A stretch of 64,000 bases of DNA from contig NC_068986.1 of NCBI RefSeq assembly GCF_001194135.2, positions 26,288,921 through 26,352,920 of the forward strand, in the 5' to 3' direction. Made by a program: the position numbers and the translations under genes. This DNA is from Octopus bimaculoides. Taxonomy: Eukaryota. Numbering within the stretch: position 1 is the first letter of the stretch; each line of letters opens with the position of its first letter. Shown one piece after another: positions 12,938-30,348 of this stretch. The notes under the pieces were generated by a model. The model was not told the origin of the DNA. It saw only the letters and a program-made list of their open reading frames with translations, and searched no databases.

Positions 12938-15900
12938 TTATTTACATTTGTCGGAATTTAAACAAAATGCAATTTACCCTTCGCTGGGAAGAGAAAACTG
13001 GAATTTTTCCCCCCTCGATGTTCGTGGTAGACTCTAATCTATTATAAATATTACACAAATCTAATAGATGCATAATATATTCTAATACTTTTCGCCGTTG
13101 CAAGACAGGGGACTTAACTCAGGTTTGTAAACTTACGGATTTCATATGATGCGTTGTTACTTCCGTATTTCTTATGCAGTCAGTCTAATGGGATTTATCG
13201 ATTGGTCAGTTCATGCGATCAATGTGTTTCTATGGTTAGAGCATTATTATTTTTATAGTAGACTGTTCATTTTCGATAGTCTTTTAATACTGAATATTAT
13301 ACTTCGTTCTCTTTATTTGCAGGTGAACTTCACAATAGACCAGATCCGTGAGATCATGGACAAAAAGCATAACATCAGAAATATGTCTGTGATAGCTCAC
13401 GTAGACCATGGTAAATCCACTTTAACGGACTCCTTGGTCAGCAAAGCTGGTATCATAGCCTCTCAAAAGGCTGGGGAAATGCGCTTCACTGATACTCGAA
13501 AGGATGAACAAGAAAGATGTATTACAATTAAGTCAACGTACGTATGTTCTAAGGTTTTTTATTGTAGCAGCAATTTCGTTGAGCACCTCACTTTATTTTG
13601 TCTAAAAAAAATTTTATTTTTGTAATTATAGGGCCATTTCCCTTTATTATGAATTGCCCGAGGCTGATCTTGATCATATTCAGCAAGATGTCGAAGCTAC
13701 GAATAATGCTTTCTTGATCAATTTGATTGATTCACCCGGCCACGTTGATTTTTCATCTGAGGTCACCGCTGCTCTTCGTGTAACTGATGGTGCGCTTGTG
13801 GTTGTAGACTGTGTTTCTGGTAAGTTTTTCTTTATTATATAAGTTGTGACCAATTTTAAAGTATATTGTGTATGTTTCCGCTCCTTTTTCTCTGTATCCA
13901 AAATGTTTGTAACGCGTTTCCTTATATGTATACAGGCGTTTGCGTCCAGACTGAAACTGTGTTGCGTCAAGCTATTGGTGAAAGAATTAAGCCAGTTCTT
14001 TTCATGAACAAGATGGATTTGGCTTTATTGACCCTTAAGCTGGAGAAAGAGGATCTATACCAGACATTCCAGCGTGTTGTTGAGAGTATCAATGTAATCA
14101 TTGCTACATATAGTACTCCTGAAGGCCCTATGGGAGATGTCATGGTAAGTTAATTAGTAATGAAATGTGTATGTTTCAGTCTGCTTTTACTTGTTATTAG
14201 GTCTGTGACACTTATTTAATTCTTATTTTAGGTTGACCCTGAGAAAGGAAATGTTGGTTTTGGTTCTGGATTGCACAGTTGGGCTTTCACTGTGAAAGAT
14301 TTTGCTCAAATGTATGCTATTAAATTCAAAGTTCCTATCCCTAAACTCATGAAGAGATTGTGGGGTGACAATTTCTACAATAGCAAAGAAAAGAAATGGG
14401 TCAAGCAAGGAAATCCTGACGCTGTTCGTGGATTCATTCAATTTATCCTGTCACCTATTTACCAGGTAATTGCAGTCTTAATAGCTTTTTTTATTTTTTT
14501 CTACTTAAAGAAATCTATTTTCTAAACTTTGTAGGTTTATGGGCACTAAGTTGCTGTTTTAAATTTGGAATAGGAATTTTATTATGGATAGAGGGTCAAG
14601 AGCAGTCTGCATAGCACCTGTTTGGCTGTTAACTATTTTTACTTTTCAGCCATAACTTGGTTATTTGTTTGATTTTATGTTCCATGTTCTTCATTTATTT
14701 AAAGTGTGTGTATATATATTTTGTAGATCTTCGGAACTTGCATGCATAAACCCCATGAAGATGCAGTTGCTTTGGCTGACAAGGTTGGAATCAAGTTAAC
14801 TTCTGAGGAAAAGGAATTACGGGAAAAACAGCTTCTCAAGGTGAATTTTTAGTTGCCTCTTTATGCATTCATTTAGCTTTATAGCTGTATATTTCAATGA
14901 TTGTGTTTTTCTAACATTCATGCTTTGTTTTCATAGGTAATGATGCGCAAGTGGTTGCCTGCTGGTGATGCCTTGTTACAGATGATAGTCATTCATCTTC
15001 CTTCTCCTGTGACTGCTCAGAAATATCGTGTAGAGATGCTCTACGAAGGACCCATGGATGATGCTGCTGCAACTGGTAATTATAGTTGCTTTTATAATTT
15101 TTCTTAGTCCTTTCATTCCTGATGAATGCAGTTATTTAGTCTGGTGGGAACTTTCTCATTATTTGGGAGTACATTAATTCTCTATAAATGTTGTACTGGT
15201 GCTGCCTCTTTATTGTCAGTGTGCCTGTCATAGTTTAATTTCTCCTGTTGTATTAACTACCTTATCTATATTTTTCACTGGTTGTAGCTATTTGATTGTA
15301 TTCATGTAAAATGAGGAGCTGACATTTGTTCCTCATCTGCTAATATACTAATTTGGGACAGGGAACAAAATGCTTAGTTCAATATCTCCAAGCAATGTTT
15401 GAAAAAATGTGTGGATCAGGTGTTGAGCCCAATTGTTTGGTAATGTGGTTGGGGTCCTGCACTGAGAGCTCATTTCATTCTTTAATCAGTTTTTCATGTT
15501 TCTCCAGTGAAAACGTATAGGCTTAATGTCAACATCATGCTTATGCCCAAGATGTTTGTTTATAATCTGAGGTTGGGTTAAGGAATCTCACTTTGAAATT
15601 GGATGTGCAGATATTCCCAGGAAAGAAGCTTGGTCATGTTTGTGCATAGTATATTCTGACACTGCCTTAAAGAGGTGCAGTCTAGTGTGGGTGTATAGAA
15701 GAAAACCTAAAATATGAATGTCATGGTGATGTGTGGGAAAGAAAAATGGCAGTTGTAAGACATTAAAAGAAATTTTCTAACTTTTCAACCAAAATAGTTG
15801 TTGCAAATAAGTTTTAGTTCTGGTTCCTTAAAGGAATTGGTAACTGTTGAATATTTGCAGTATAAACTAAATTTTAAATGTTTGTATTTGCAGCTGTTAA

Positions 15901-18900
15901 GACCTGTGACGCTAAGGGTGTACTGATGATGTACATCTCAAAGATGGTACCCACATCCGATAAAGGTCGTTTCTATGCCTTTGGACGTGTGTTCTCAGGA
16001 ACTGTTGCAACTGGTCAGAAAGTGCGTATCATGGGTGCTAACTATACTGCTGGCAAAAAAGAGCACTTGTCCGAAAAGAGCATTCAAAGGTTGGTTTGAT
16101 AATTTAACATTCTATTAGTGTAATTTGTGGAACAGTTTGCAATTCCTATACCTTGTCTTTAGAACTATTAGCATTGTTAGCATTGCCATAATAAAATATA
16201 AAGAAAATTCTCTTTGAGGATTAAAATTTTTTTTTTGTAGCTATGGTAAATACTGGCCAATGCTAGTATTTCTAAAGATAGGGTATAGAATTGTGTGATT
16301 ATGGTCACTTTGCAATCATTTGGTATTGGGTTCCGTCCCACTCTGTGGCACCTTGACAATGTCTTGTATCCCTTGGCCAACCAAAGCCTTGTGGATGAAT
16401 TAAGTAGATGGAAGCTTGTCATATTCCCTCCACTATTGCTTGATAACTAATGTTTGTTTTTTATGGCACTGCCTCAGCATGGCCACAGTCTAATGGCTGA
16501 AATGGGCAAAGATTCTGTCACTTGGCAGGAAAGACTGATTTAGTGCCAGATGTAAGGAAAAAAGCACTGAGATTGATTTCTTTAGAGTGGTACCCAAACA
16601 TGGCCACAGTCCAATGATTTAAATGAGCATTAAAGATATACTAGTGAAGAATAAGGTTTGTGCTTCCCAGTTAGACATTCACCTATATGGTCAGAGTAGT
16701 AGCTAGCTTGTGTTATGAAGTGAGATTACAATTAGTGATTATGGATTTTTATTTCAGAACTATGCTCATGATGGGAAGATACGTTGAACCCATTGAAGAT
16801 GTTCCTTGTGGTAACATTTGTGGTTTGGTTGGTGTCGATCAGTATATTGTGAAAACTGGTACGATCACTACATTTAAAGATGCTCATAATATGAAGGTAA
16901 GTGCTGTTAGCTTCCTTTGTGTTGGTGGGGGTGCCCCCAGCCTCTTCGTCCCCTTCAAGTTAACACTTGTTTTTGTTTCCATATTTCTGTTGAGGCATTT
17001 TTATGTGCTGGGTTTGAAAATGAATGAATTACATGAAATAACTTGGGCTGGTGTTGAAAACAAATTTTAAAAATATTTTAATAGATGGTCTTTAGATTCC
17101 TTTGAAACAAGTTTCTGATGGTTTTAGATGGATTTGGTATGAAAGATTTAAATTGCTCAAAGCTTTGAGGTTACTGTAGAAATATGTTGATTTAAGATAT
17201 AATCTACCTACTGAACTAAACAGCTATTTGTCTTGGTCAGTGTTATCTTTTTCTTGCACTATTTTATCAATGGCTGAGGGTAATTATCCTATTTTATTTT
17301 TTATTTTTTTTAAGGTTATGAAGTTCTCAGTAAGTCCTGTTGTACGTGTTGCTGTTGAAGCTAAGAATGCTTCTGATTTGCCAAAACTTGTTGAAGGCCT
17401 GAGGCGTCTGGCTAAATCAGATCCTATGGTTCAGGTAATTTTTTTTCTCTTTGTTTCCATATTAATGAATTTGGTTTAGTGATGGAGCAGTAATAGTTTA
17501 TTTGTACAAGCGGTAACATTGACTGGTTGGTTTTCTTTTCCAGTGTACAATTGAAGAATCTGGAGAGCACATTGTAGCAGGTGCAGGAGAGCTTCATCTT
17601 GAGATCTGCTTGAAGGATTTAGAAGAGGACCATGCTCAAATCCCCATTAAGGTGTCAACTCCTGTGGTATCATACAGGGAGTCTGTGAGGGAAGAATCTT
17701 CTATGGTGTGCCTGTCTAAATCTCCAAATAAACATAATCGTCTCTTCATGAAGGCTAGGCCATTACCATGTGGCGTTGCCGAGGCCATTGATAAGGTATG
17801 TTATTTAAAGGTATTACGCTATTTTGATTCTTGGGATTGGTCTTATGTACATGACTAAGGTCCTCTTTATTTATTACACAGGGAGATATTACACCCAGGC
17901 AGGATGTCAAAGAACGTGCTCGGTTCTTGAATGATAACTTTGAATTTGATGTTGGAGAAGCCCGTAAGATCTGGGCTTTTGGACCTGAGGGTACAGGACC
18001 TAATCTTTTGGTTGATGTTACTAAAGGTGTACAATATCTGAGTGAAATCAAGGACAGTGTTGTTGCTGGTTACCAATGGGCTACTAAAGAGGTAATTACA
18101 TGTTTTCTCTAGTTTTGTTTTTGTATTTTTTTAACACTATGAATGTTACTGATTCTCAATTTCTAATTTATTTACAGAGTGTGTTGTGTGAAGAAAATAT
18201 GCGTGGTGTTCGCTTTGACATCCATGATGTGTCCCTACACACTGATGCTATTCATCGTGGAGGCGGTCAAATCATTCCTACAGCTAGAAAATGTTTTTAT
18301 GCCTGTGTGCTGACTGCTCAACCTACTATGTTGGAGCCTGTATATTTGGTTGAAATCAGTGTAAGTGTATTAAACTTTAATTTTTAAAAAGATTTTATTA
18401 CCTTGCCATTTGTATCAAGATAGAAGTTTAAGTATATGGAGAGCCTTAGCTACGATAGGAAATAATGTATAAACCAAACCGGTTTTCAAGTTTAGGAGAA
18501 ATAGGACGTATAAAAAGCAGTTGGAATCAAGCTGTTGCCATAGATAACTTAATTTGCATGTATTTTAGTCAATTCACCATTAACATTTTATGTGCCAACA
18601 GTGTTGGAAATAAATGTTACTGCTACAAAAGGTCAAGTGGGAGAGGGGGTGTTTAATATCTTGCTTTAAATACTTTCAGCTTAATCATAACTTGGCTTTC
18701 AGTGACAGCTCAAGACTATTTCAGATNNNNNNNNNNAGATGTAGTTGATAAATTTACTGCACAAAATTATCTAAACTTTATGCTTGGGGGGGGGGGGCCT
18801 TCTCTGTTGCAGACATCCTCCAGTACCTAATTCTTTCTAAATCTGCTTTTTGATTTTCTTTCAAATATGAGATGATACAACAACTTTCTAGTTTGTCTTC

Positions 18901-19425
18901 TCTGTATCATAGTGGTGAGGTACATAAAACATGTTGCTTGCTACTCTTAATTCCTTTCAGAAATTATCTCTGAGGGCTATTTTACCTTAATGGATTTAAT
19001 TCTGTTTATAGTGTCCTCAACAATCTACAAGTGGAATTTATGGAGTCATGAATAGACGTCGTGGTCAAGTACTTGAAGCTAATCAAGTTCCAGGAACTCC
19101 TATGTTTGCTGTCAGAGCTTACTTGCCTGTCAATGAATCATTTGGTAAGTAACAGTTTGTTAGTTCTCGGAGGTTGGTTTCTCTCTATCTCTCTCCTTAG
19201 TGTTGCTTTATTGAAATACTTATTTTTTCTTTTTATTTTTCTATTCTAGGCTTCACAGCTGACTTGCGTTCTAACACTGGGGGACAGGCTTTCCCTCAAT
19301 GTGTGTTTGATCATTGGCAAGAACTTCCGGACACTAGAACTGAAACTGTTATTGGTGAAATCAGGAAGCGCAAAGGACTGTCAGATACCATTCCTCCTTT
19401 GGAAAAATTCCTTGACAAATTATAA
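11619..19425 (+). CDS. EEF2: Eukaryotic translation elongation factor 2, 15 coding exons, 836 aa
   Basis: Exons reconstructed with GT-AG introns and consistent phases: 11619-11621 (ATG only), 13323-13537, 13632-13819, 13936-14144, 14232-14465, 14727-14840, 14937-15075, 15894-16089, 16758-16896, 17315-17434, 17544-17795, 17882-18091, 18178-18360, 19012-19144, 19250-19425 (2511 nt including TAA). The protein starts [10 protein letters not shown]. It has G1 [14 protein letters not shown] (eEF2K Thr site), [12 protein letters not shown] and the diphthamide loop [13 protein letters not shown], and ends FLDKL. Confidence 0.97.
11936..11995 (+). promoter_or_regulatory. Candidate intron-1 regulatory sites (CRE, ETS)
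   Basis: Perfect palindromic CRE TGACGTCA at 11936-11943 and ETS-like ACTTCCG at 11989-11995 (another at 13159-13165). Motif match only. Confidence 0.35.
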
Positions 19426-19743
19426 CTTGATTAGTGATTTAGCTCCTGTAATGAAGCACTAACAACAAAGCTCTTTGACCTCTGTGAATATTTTTGGGGG
19501 TGGATCCAATCCAAAAGCTTATGTACTAGCCTGTGACAAATTAAAAAAAAAAAAACCTTTCTTCAACAACTTTTTTTTTTATTATTTATTTATGGTTATA
19601 TTTACCTTAAGTGTGATACCAGGACTGAAAATCAAATTTATATTTAATTTATAAGGACTGAGCACACATAAAAATACCTTTCCTTTTAAACACATTGTTT
19701 TTGTGGGAGATATGCATGGAGCAGTAATGTTCAGGCACATTTC

Positions 19744-19749
19744 AATAAA
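19744..19749 (+). terminator. Candidate poly(A) signal of eEF2
   Basis: First AATAAA downstream of the eEF2 stop codon. Confidence 0.5.
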
Positions 19750-19826
19750 TGTCCAAACAGGTTTGCTTATCAGTTCTGGTATACCACTGTTGGTGCAGTC
19801 AGTAGTTTTAAGTAAATTGTACCAGT

Positions 19827-19832
19827 TTTATT
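19827..19832 (-). terminator. Candidate poly(A) signal of the MAPK4/6-like gene
   Basis: First minus-strand AATAAA after the stop at 19939; further ones at 19585-19590 and 19578-19583. Confidence 0.45.
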
Positions 19833-19938
19833 GAAAACATGTTCAATGTTATTTAGTGTACCAGAGGTTCTGGTTCAGTGATTTGATAAAAATGATCACT
19901 AAAATACTGTTATGTTCAATATAGCTTTTTCTGATGAG

Positions 19939-23688
<3,750 letters not shown>

Positions 23689-26600
23689 TTACATTTTTTT
23701 TACAAATTTATGACCGATTTAAAAAAAATTTTTCTAAAAGAAAAAAAAAAAAACGAAAGGCTAAAAACAAAGCAAGATAACAACTAGAACAAAATTTCAA
23801 ATGCAAAATTTTTATTCATCAAGTATAGCATAATAGAAAGAAAAAAATCTGGCCATCTTTTCAAGATCAATGCTATCTGTTGATAATTTAAAACTAGAAA
23901 AATTAGTTTTGAAGTGTATGCTTTTACCAAAGCTATTATAATCCATTAGATGTAAATGTTAGTGTTAAGCAAGAGAGATGATTGCACTGCTATGAAGCAT
24001 ATGAATGTAAATACATGAAGAAAAGAATGCATTGACTGTCAGTGAGACATTTCAGGCTGTTAGAAGTCACAATAAAGACTGAAGTTCAAGCAACTGTTGT
24101 TATGCTATTGAGTTTAACATTGCCAGCCATTCTTCCAGAATCAATAAAATAAAAAAACTAGCCAAGTCTGAGGTCAATTTTGATTTACTAACCCAAATTT
24201 CTGACCGGTGTAAGAAACATTACTGAAGATTTTTCTATATTTAAATTTAGCTACATATAATTGAGACTTTGATAAGATGCCAGGTAACCAGTGAAGGGGT
24301 TGGATCATAGTTTGTCATCAGATCACTATATATCTAGATACTTAACTCACAATGATCAAGATTTTTAATTAAGTACAACATTTAGTTTTATATAAAAGTA
24401 AGCTGTGCCAGCATTATCAAATTGATAAGGCTTTGGTTAGTACATAGGGCTGAGTTTTACTTTGCTTATCATGGAAAAAGTGTACTTCTTCAAAGGAGAC
24501 ACAGGTACAAAAGCTAACAGCAGAATAAGTTGATCAGGTACACGGCAGCTGGCAAAGGGCCAATGTTTGTACTTTATCACGGCACTGGCCAAGCAAGAGC
24601 ACTGTATAGCTTATTTCTTTCAAATAAGGTTGTACACGAGGGTTATAGTTCACTGAATCAGTCTCTAACCCAGAAGAATGAAAGGGAAAAATCATTGACA
24701 GCAGAATTTAAACTTGAAATATTAATGATGAAACTAACCACTGCAAGACATTTACTGTTACTACTATTTTTGTTGTCCACTCTGGAAGAATTGTATAATC
24801 ATTTTGTGGGACTGCAGTATATTGTGTTCAAATTCTCATATGGGCCTGGAGAAGGTGAAGGGATATCACTCAAGTGAGTTTCTCTTTAAATGATCATGGA
24901 ATCAACAAACCACCAGGTATGTATTCAAATGAAATGGTTAGCTAATCCTTTATGTAACATAGTCTCCCTTCTCAACACTCCTATTATGAATCATCTCCTA
25001 TATCACTCAATACTCGATCTTATCTCACCAGAGTTGCAACCTGCTGTAATTCACAGCCAGCCTACATTTTTCCTGTAGACATTAATGCCTTAATATTAAC
25101 TGCAGTAATCTCTCCAGTCTGGAAAAGCCTACAAAAGTCAAGGAAGAGGTGCCTCCTCCTCCTCTGATCCTAGTTTGTTTTTTTTTTGCTTGTTTCAATC
25201 ATTAGACTGCAACCATGATGGGGCATTGTCTTACAGGGCTTAGTCAATCAAATCGACCCCATACTTATTTGAAGTCTAGTACTGTTTGTCTTTTAGCTCA
25301 ACTGCTACATTATGGGTCTTAAGCAAGCTACTACCAGTTACGTAATGAGAGACAAAGATACACACATGCACACATGTATATATTTAATAACAGTTTGGCT
25401 CAGTTTCAACATGACAAAGTCTCACATCATATGTTTGGAGGCAGAGCCCATGACATCATGTGAAACTGAGTCAAACTGTTAGGTGTAACTCCAACTAAAT
25501 GCTATTTTCTTTCATTTGCTTACACACACACATACATGGCATGCTTCCAGATAGTTCGTCTTCCAAATTCACTCACAAGGTATTCATCGGCTAAGAGGTG
25601 TAGTAGAAGACATTTGCCCAAGATTCTGTGTAGTGGAACCAAAGCCAGATACACGATTTCTAAGCAAATTTCTTAACCCTACAGTCATGCCTGCACCTAT
25701 ATCATATCAATATCTTATTTCTAAAACATATATAAAGCAAAATTTGGAGACAAAATACCTAGCTGAAATTAATATTTTTAATTTACTAATCAACTTGTTA
25801 GTCATTCTAATTATACTGTCCCACAAATTCTTTAGGAGGTTTGATAAAAGAGAATAAATGACATCCATATGAAAAACAATAGTTACGTGAGCAATGACAT
25901 TTAATGCAATTAGCAACGAAATGCAAACGAGAAATAATTATGCGGTATTAGTGTCAATGACGAACGTACTTTTCATTATTGTGCAACTACGGGAGACAAC
26001 TCTGGATATGAAGTAGTGATGACAGAATCATGAAGTAGATTCACAAAGTGATATCTCAATTGGCATAGTAAAACTAACATACTTCAGAGGAAACGTTGTA
26101 AAACATATAAAATAATATACTAAGTGATTTTCTCATTACAGTTTCAGAAAATATGAAACTGTAATGAGAAAATATGCTTTACTTATAAGGATGAGATATA
26201 TCCAGAGTTGTTTCTTGTACTTGGTGGAACAATTAAAATATTAGCCATCAGCTAATATTGCATATTGGCACTCACTTCATTGTTAATAGTAATTTAAATT
26301 TCAGAAAATCTGTGTTGCACCAGGTTTTCTTTTTTTTTTTTTTTTNNNNNNNNNNTTTTTTTTTTTTTTTTTTTTTGTCATTACCATCATAAAGAGTGTA
26401 ATTTCAGTTAATCAGAATTTCTTAGCTCACTATATTATGTTAGTGAGCACTTTACTATTAGTTTCTCATGCAGAAGGCATCCCTTATCATTCATTCATGG
26501 GGGAAACATATATCTCTTCCAGTCATTTTGAGAGCTGCAGTAATTGCTAAGACTATGTTTCACCAATGAAGTTTAATACGACTAAAACATATCTAGAATT

Positions 26601-27595
26601 GCCACCACATGATTAAGAATCAGTCTCACTCACCAATACAGTTTGTATATAATTTTAAACAAGTTAAATAATGGACTGCCTCCCCTACATTTCTTGACCA
26701 GAATTAATCACTTAATCACGATATTTCTTGGTAACCAAGAGTGCAATTTTAATTACACAAAATTTCTTACATTAGCACCCACTTCATTATGATATAACAA
26801 CTATGCCAATGAAATGCAACAACACTACAAACACAAAAATATACTACTATTTATTACTTTCTGAATATGTAACTTTATAAGCAACTCTTTCATTTATTTA
26901 AAAATTAATAAAAGAAAATGTAAGATTAACATTGTGAACATTTCAACAAAGAAAATTACAAATTTATTACATAAATACATAAAATACACCTAATACAATC
27001 TGTGAAGTGATTGGTAACAGGAATGTCATCTAGCTTAGAAACCAAACCAAAATAAACATACAAACAAGCATGACCCCCTGATCAGTCTGGAAGAGGAATA
27101 ACTCCAAATAACAGCTAGCTCAAACTGTGATGAACCTTGCAACTAATACCAGCATGGAAAGTGAATGTATGATGATCATGACACAGACAAGGGCACAACC
27201 AAGTGGCTAAGTAGTTCACTTGGGAATTATGTAATAACAGGTTCTATCCTACTGCATGGTACCTTGGGTGTCTTCTACTTGTAGCTTCTGACTGACTAAT
27301 AACTTAAGGGGAATTTGGTGGATGAAAACTGAGTAGAAGCCCTCAGTGTGTGTTTGTGTTTAAACCTAGAACTGACTCTGCATCTATGTTGTATCTTTTT
27401 ATTCCTATCACCTAGCAGTTCAACAAGGATTGATAAAATAAGTACCTGACTGAAATATATACAAGTATCAAAGTGATCAATTAAACCCTTGAAGTTGGTT
27501 CCCTAGATCCATTGAAATCCAATAACCAAGTCCATTAAAAAATATACAACTGGTATCTAAAAGGATACAATAATTGAAGCACATCCAGTGGAACT

Positions 27596-27805
27596 AATTC
27601 TTTTTTATTTTATTTTATTTTTATTTTTTTTGGAATATCTCAAAGCACACACAGAAAGCATGTAGATATTGGGTTGAAAAAACCCTTTTAGATAAAAAAG
27701 AATTGACAGCAGCCTTTTTTCTATCCAAGAGTTTTTCAACCCAATATTTACATTCTATTATTTATGGCTTTCTGTGTGTCCTTTGAGATATTCCAAAAAA
27801 GAATT
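27596..27805. repeat. ~210-bp inverted repeat
   Basis: TTGGAATATCTCAAAG.ACACACAGAAAGC...ATATTGGGTTGAAAAA pairs with TTTTTCAACCCAATAT...GCTTTCTGTGTGTCCTTTGAGATATTCCAA. Confidence 0.8.
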
Positions 27806-27938
27806 CAGGTTTTTGAATGTTTATAAAATTCTCATTGAAGTTAACAACATAGTTTTGAGTTTAAACCTGATTCCACACGTAGAATAAAATTTTTATTTAG
27901 CAACATATTTTTACAGGAAAGAAAAAAAACTAAAAGTA

Positions 27939-28166
27939 TTGGGTTGCCCGGAAAGTCCGTGCCGATTTTTAAAGGAAAGAAATAGGTCAATAAATACTTG
28001 CCGTTACATTTTTAATCAACCAAATATGAACCATTTTGTTGCACAATGCGTCTCCACCTTTCCTTTAACTTGAAAATACCCTCTTCCCGGAATTGAGGTG
28101 GTTTCATGGCAAATAAGTCGAAAAGTAAGCTACTATAAATCGGCATGAACTTTCCGGACAACTCAA
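27939..28166 (-). mobile_element. Mariner-derived MITE (228 bp) retaining the transposase C-terminus
   Basis: TA target-site duplication at 27937-38 and 28167-68. TIRs are TTGGGTTGCCCGGAAAGTCCGTGCCGATTT and AAATCGGCATGAACTTTCCGGACAACTCAA. The minus strand encodes GIFKLKERWRRIVQQNGSYLVD*, a typical mariner C-terminus. Confidence 0.88.
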
Positions 28167-29065
28167 TATAAAAGATTAGAAAAAAAAAAGAAAAAGAAGG
28201 GATTAAGCAACAAAAAATGGGGGAGAGGGAGAAACAGGTTGTACACTCCAGTCTGAATGGTGTGTTCAGCTGTGCCCTGCAGAAATAATTACAAAGGCAT
28301 TGCCACAGAGAATGGTTGAGAACACTTGCTGCAACAGCCACCCCATTTTGCAAGGCTCTGTGCCTTTCACATTTAGGTGAGGTGTTTATTAGCAAAAGAA
28401 ACCAGCTTTAAAAAGAATTATTCCAATTATGTAAATCTCTAAATTTACAATAAATACCCTTCACTCATGATGGCATGGTAAAGTGATAATAAACCAGTGA
28501 AATGATACATAAGATAAGACACTACATGTGAAATATTTTTATGTTATTTACTCATGTCTTATTTGAAAGAAAATACAATCAGTATTTTTGTTCTACTTAG
28601 CGTTTAACTAATCAATTGTTTGATTAAGCGTTCAGTCACCCAATCAATCAGCTAGGCTTGTCAAAGTCCCTTCACCACCATTTGTGACCTCATCAATGAC
28701 ATGCCTTCTTTACTCTACTTAACCAACTGACTAATGATAATAGAAATGAAATCGAACCAGTGCATAGGTCACTTACAGGCATAATGAGCCTCCCAAGATA
28801 CAACGAAAAATGTTTCAGCACACAAACTCACATCAAGAATCTTGCAAACCAAATACAAAAACTTAATTATGAATATTGTTTCAATAATAATAATTATAAT
28901 GGCACAAACCCAGCAATTTTGGGGGAGGGGTAAGTTGATTATATTGACCCCAGTGCACAACTGGTACTTACTTTATCAAACACTCCACCCCCAGAAGAAT
29001 GAAAGGCAAAGTTGACTTTCTTGAACTCAAAACATAAAAACAGAACACTGTGCCAGCTTGCTGCC

Positions 29066-29118
<53 letters not shown>

Positions 29119-29994
29119 CAATAATAATAATACATCATACATAGAAAAATAGTTTTATATAATGCATCTTTTAATCATCTGTGTGATGTTCTAAACTATT
29201 TAAAACACAGCACAGTAAGAACAATCTCTTAATGTTGAATTTCATTAAAGTAAACCACAATCAATATTCATCCCTTTGCAGCTCCTACTGAGCATTCTCT
29301 CTCTCTCTCTCTCCTAAATGTGAGTAGCCATGTAGCTCCTCTACAAGAACTTGCCTGCCTCACCCCTACCTCATTTCTCCTACTTGATTTAACTCCTCGT
29401 CTGCTACCATAGAAACTGCCCCTGCCTTAGGTTTTGTAGGTTTGTGAGCTGTCTGGCAACTGCACTAATGCTGGTGACATGAAAAAAAGCACCCAGTGCA
29501 TGCTATAAAGTGGATGGTGCTAGGAAGAGCATCTGCCATAGAAGCCATGCCAAAGCAGGCACTGGAGCATGATGCAGTCCTTGGACCCATTGGATCCTGT
29601 CAAATTGTTCAACTTATACTAGCATGAAACATAGAAATTAAATGATGATGATGATGATAAACCACATTGCATGTTAACAGCTTCAATTCTTCCTTATTTT
29701 CATTGATATTCCATTTGTTAGCCCAAATAAAGACAATCTCTTGTGTCACAAATGGTCTCAAAATTCAAAACTCTTGAAGCAAATTTCAACTACAACCATA
29801 GAACTCATGGTTATTTCCAAGTTTTCCAGCTGTTATTCTACTTCTAGTATCAAATTAATCTTAAAGATCAGGCCAGAAAACACTACCAGCTTCACATATA
29901 CTTTTGTCTCAAAATATATGGTCTAAGACTTTACAAGATAACCAAATACATTACTTCTAAAATTTAGAATGGGGTTCCAAACATCAAATATATA

Positions 29995-30195
29995 CAGTAA
30001 TCCCTCAACTATCGCAGGTGTTATGTTTCAGAATCCCCCACGATAGGTAAAACAGTACTGTACATTTCTAAAAATTATTTTATAATTTGTATATATTTAT
30101 TTTATTATAAATGCAAAACAACAGCATGGAGGAATTGACGTAAGCTTAAATAATAAACTGCAATAGCTGAAGTGCAATATGGTGAGGGATTATTA
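29995..30195. mobile_element. Tigger/pogo-like MITE
   Basis: TA-flanked imperfect TIRs CAGTAATCCCTCAACTATCGC and GCAATATGGTGAGGGATTATTA. Confidence 0.7.
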
Positions 30196-30348
30196 TAAAT
30201 GGTAAAATGCTAGGGGATTTTTTTCATCTAAAAACAATAACCTCATAGTTCATGCAAAACACTGTGAAAAATTTGTTTCAAATTACAGAACTTGATAAAC
30301 CATCAGACATATCTCCATCAGACATATCTGTAACATTTAGAAACTGAA

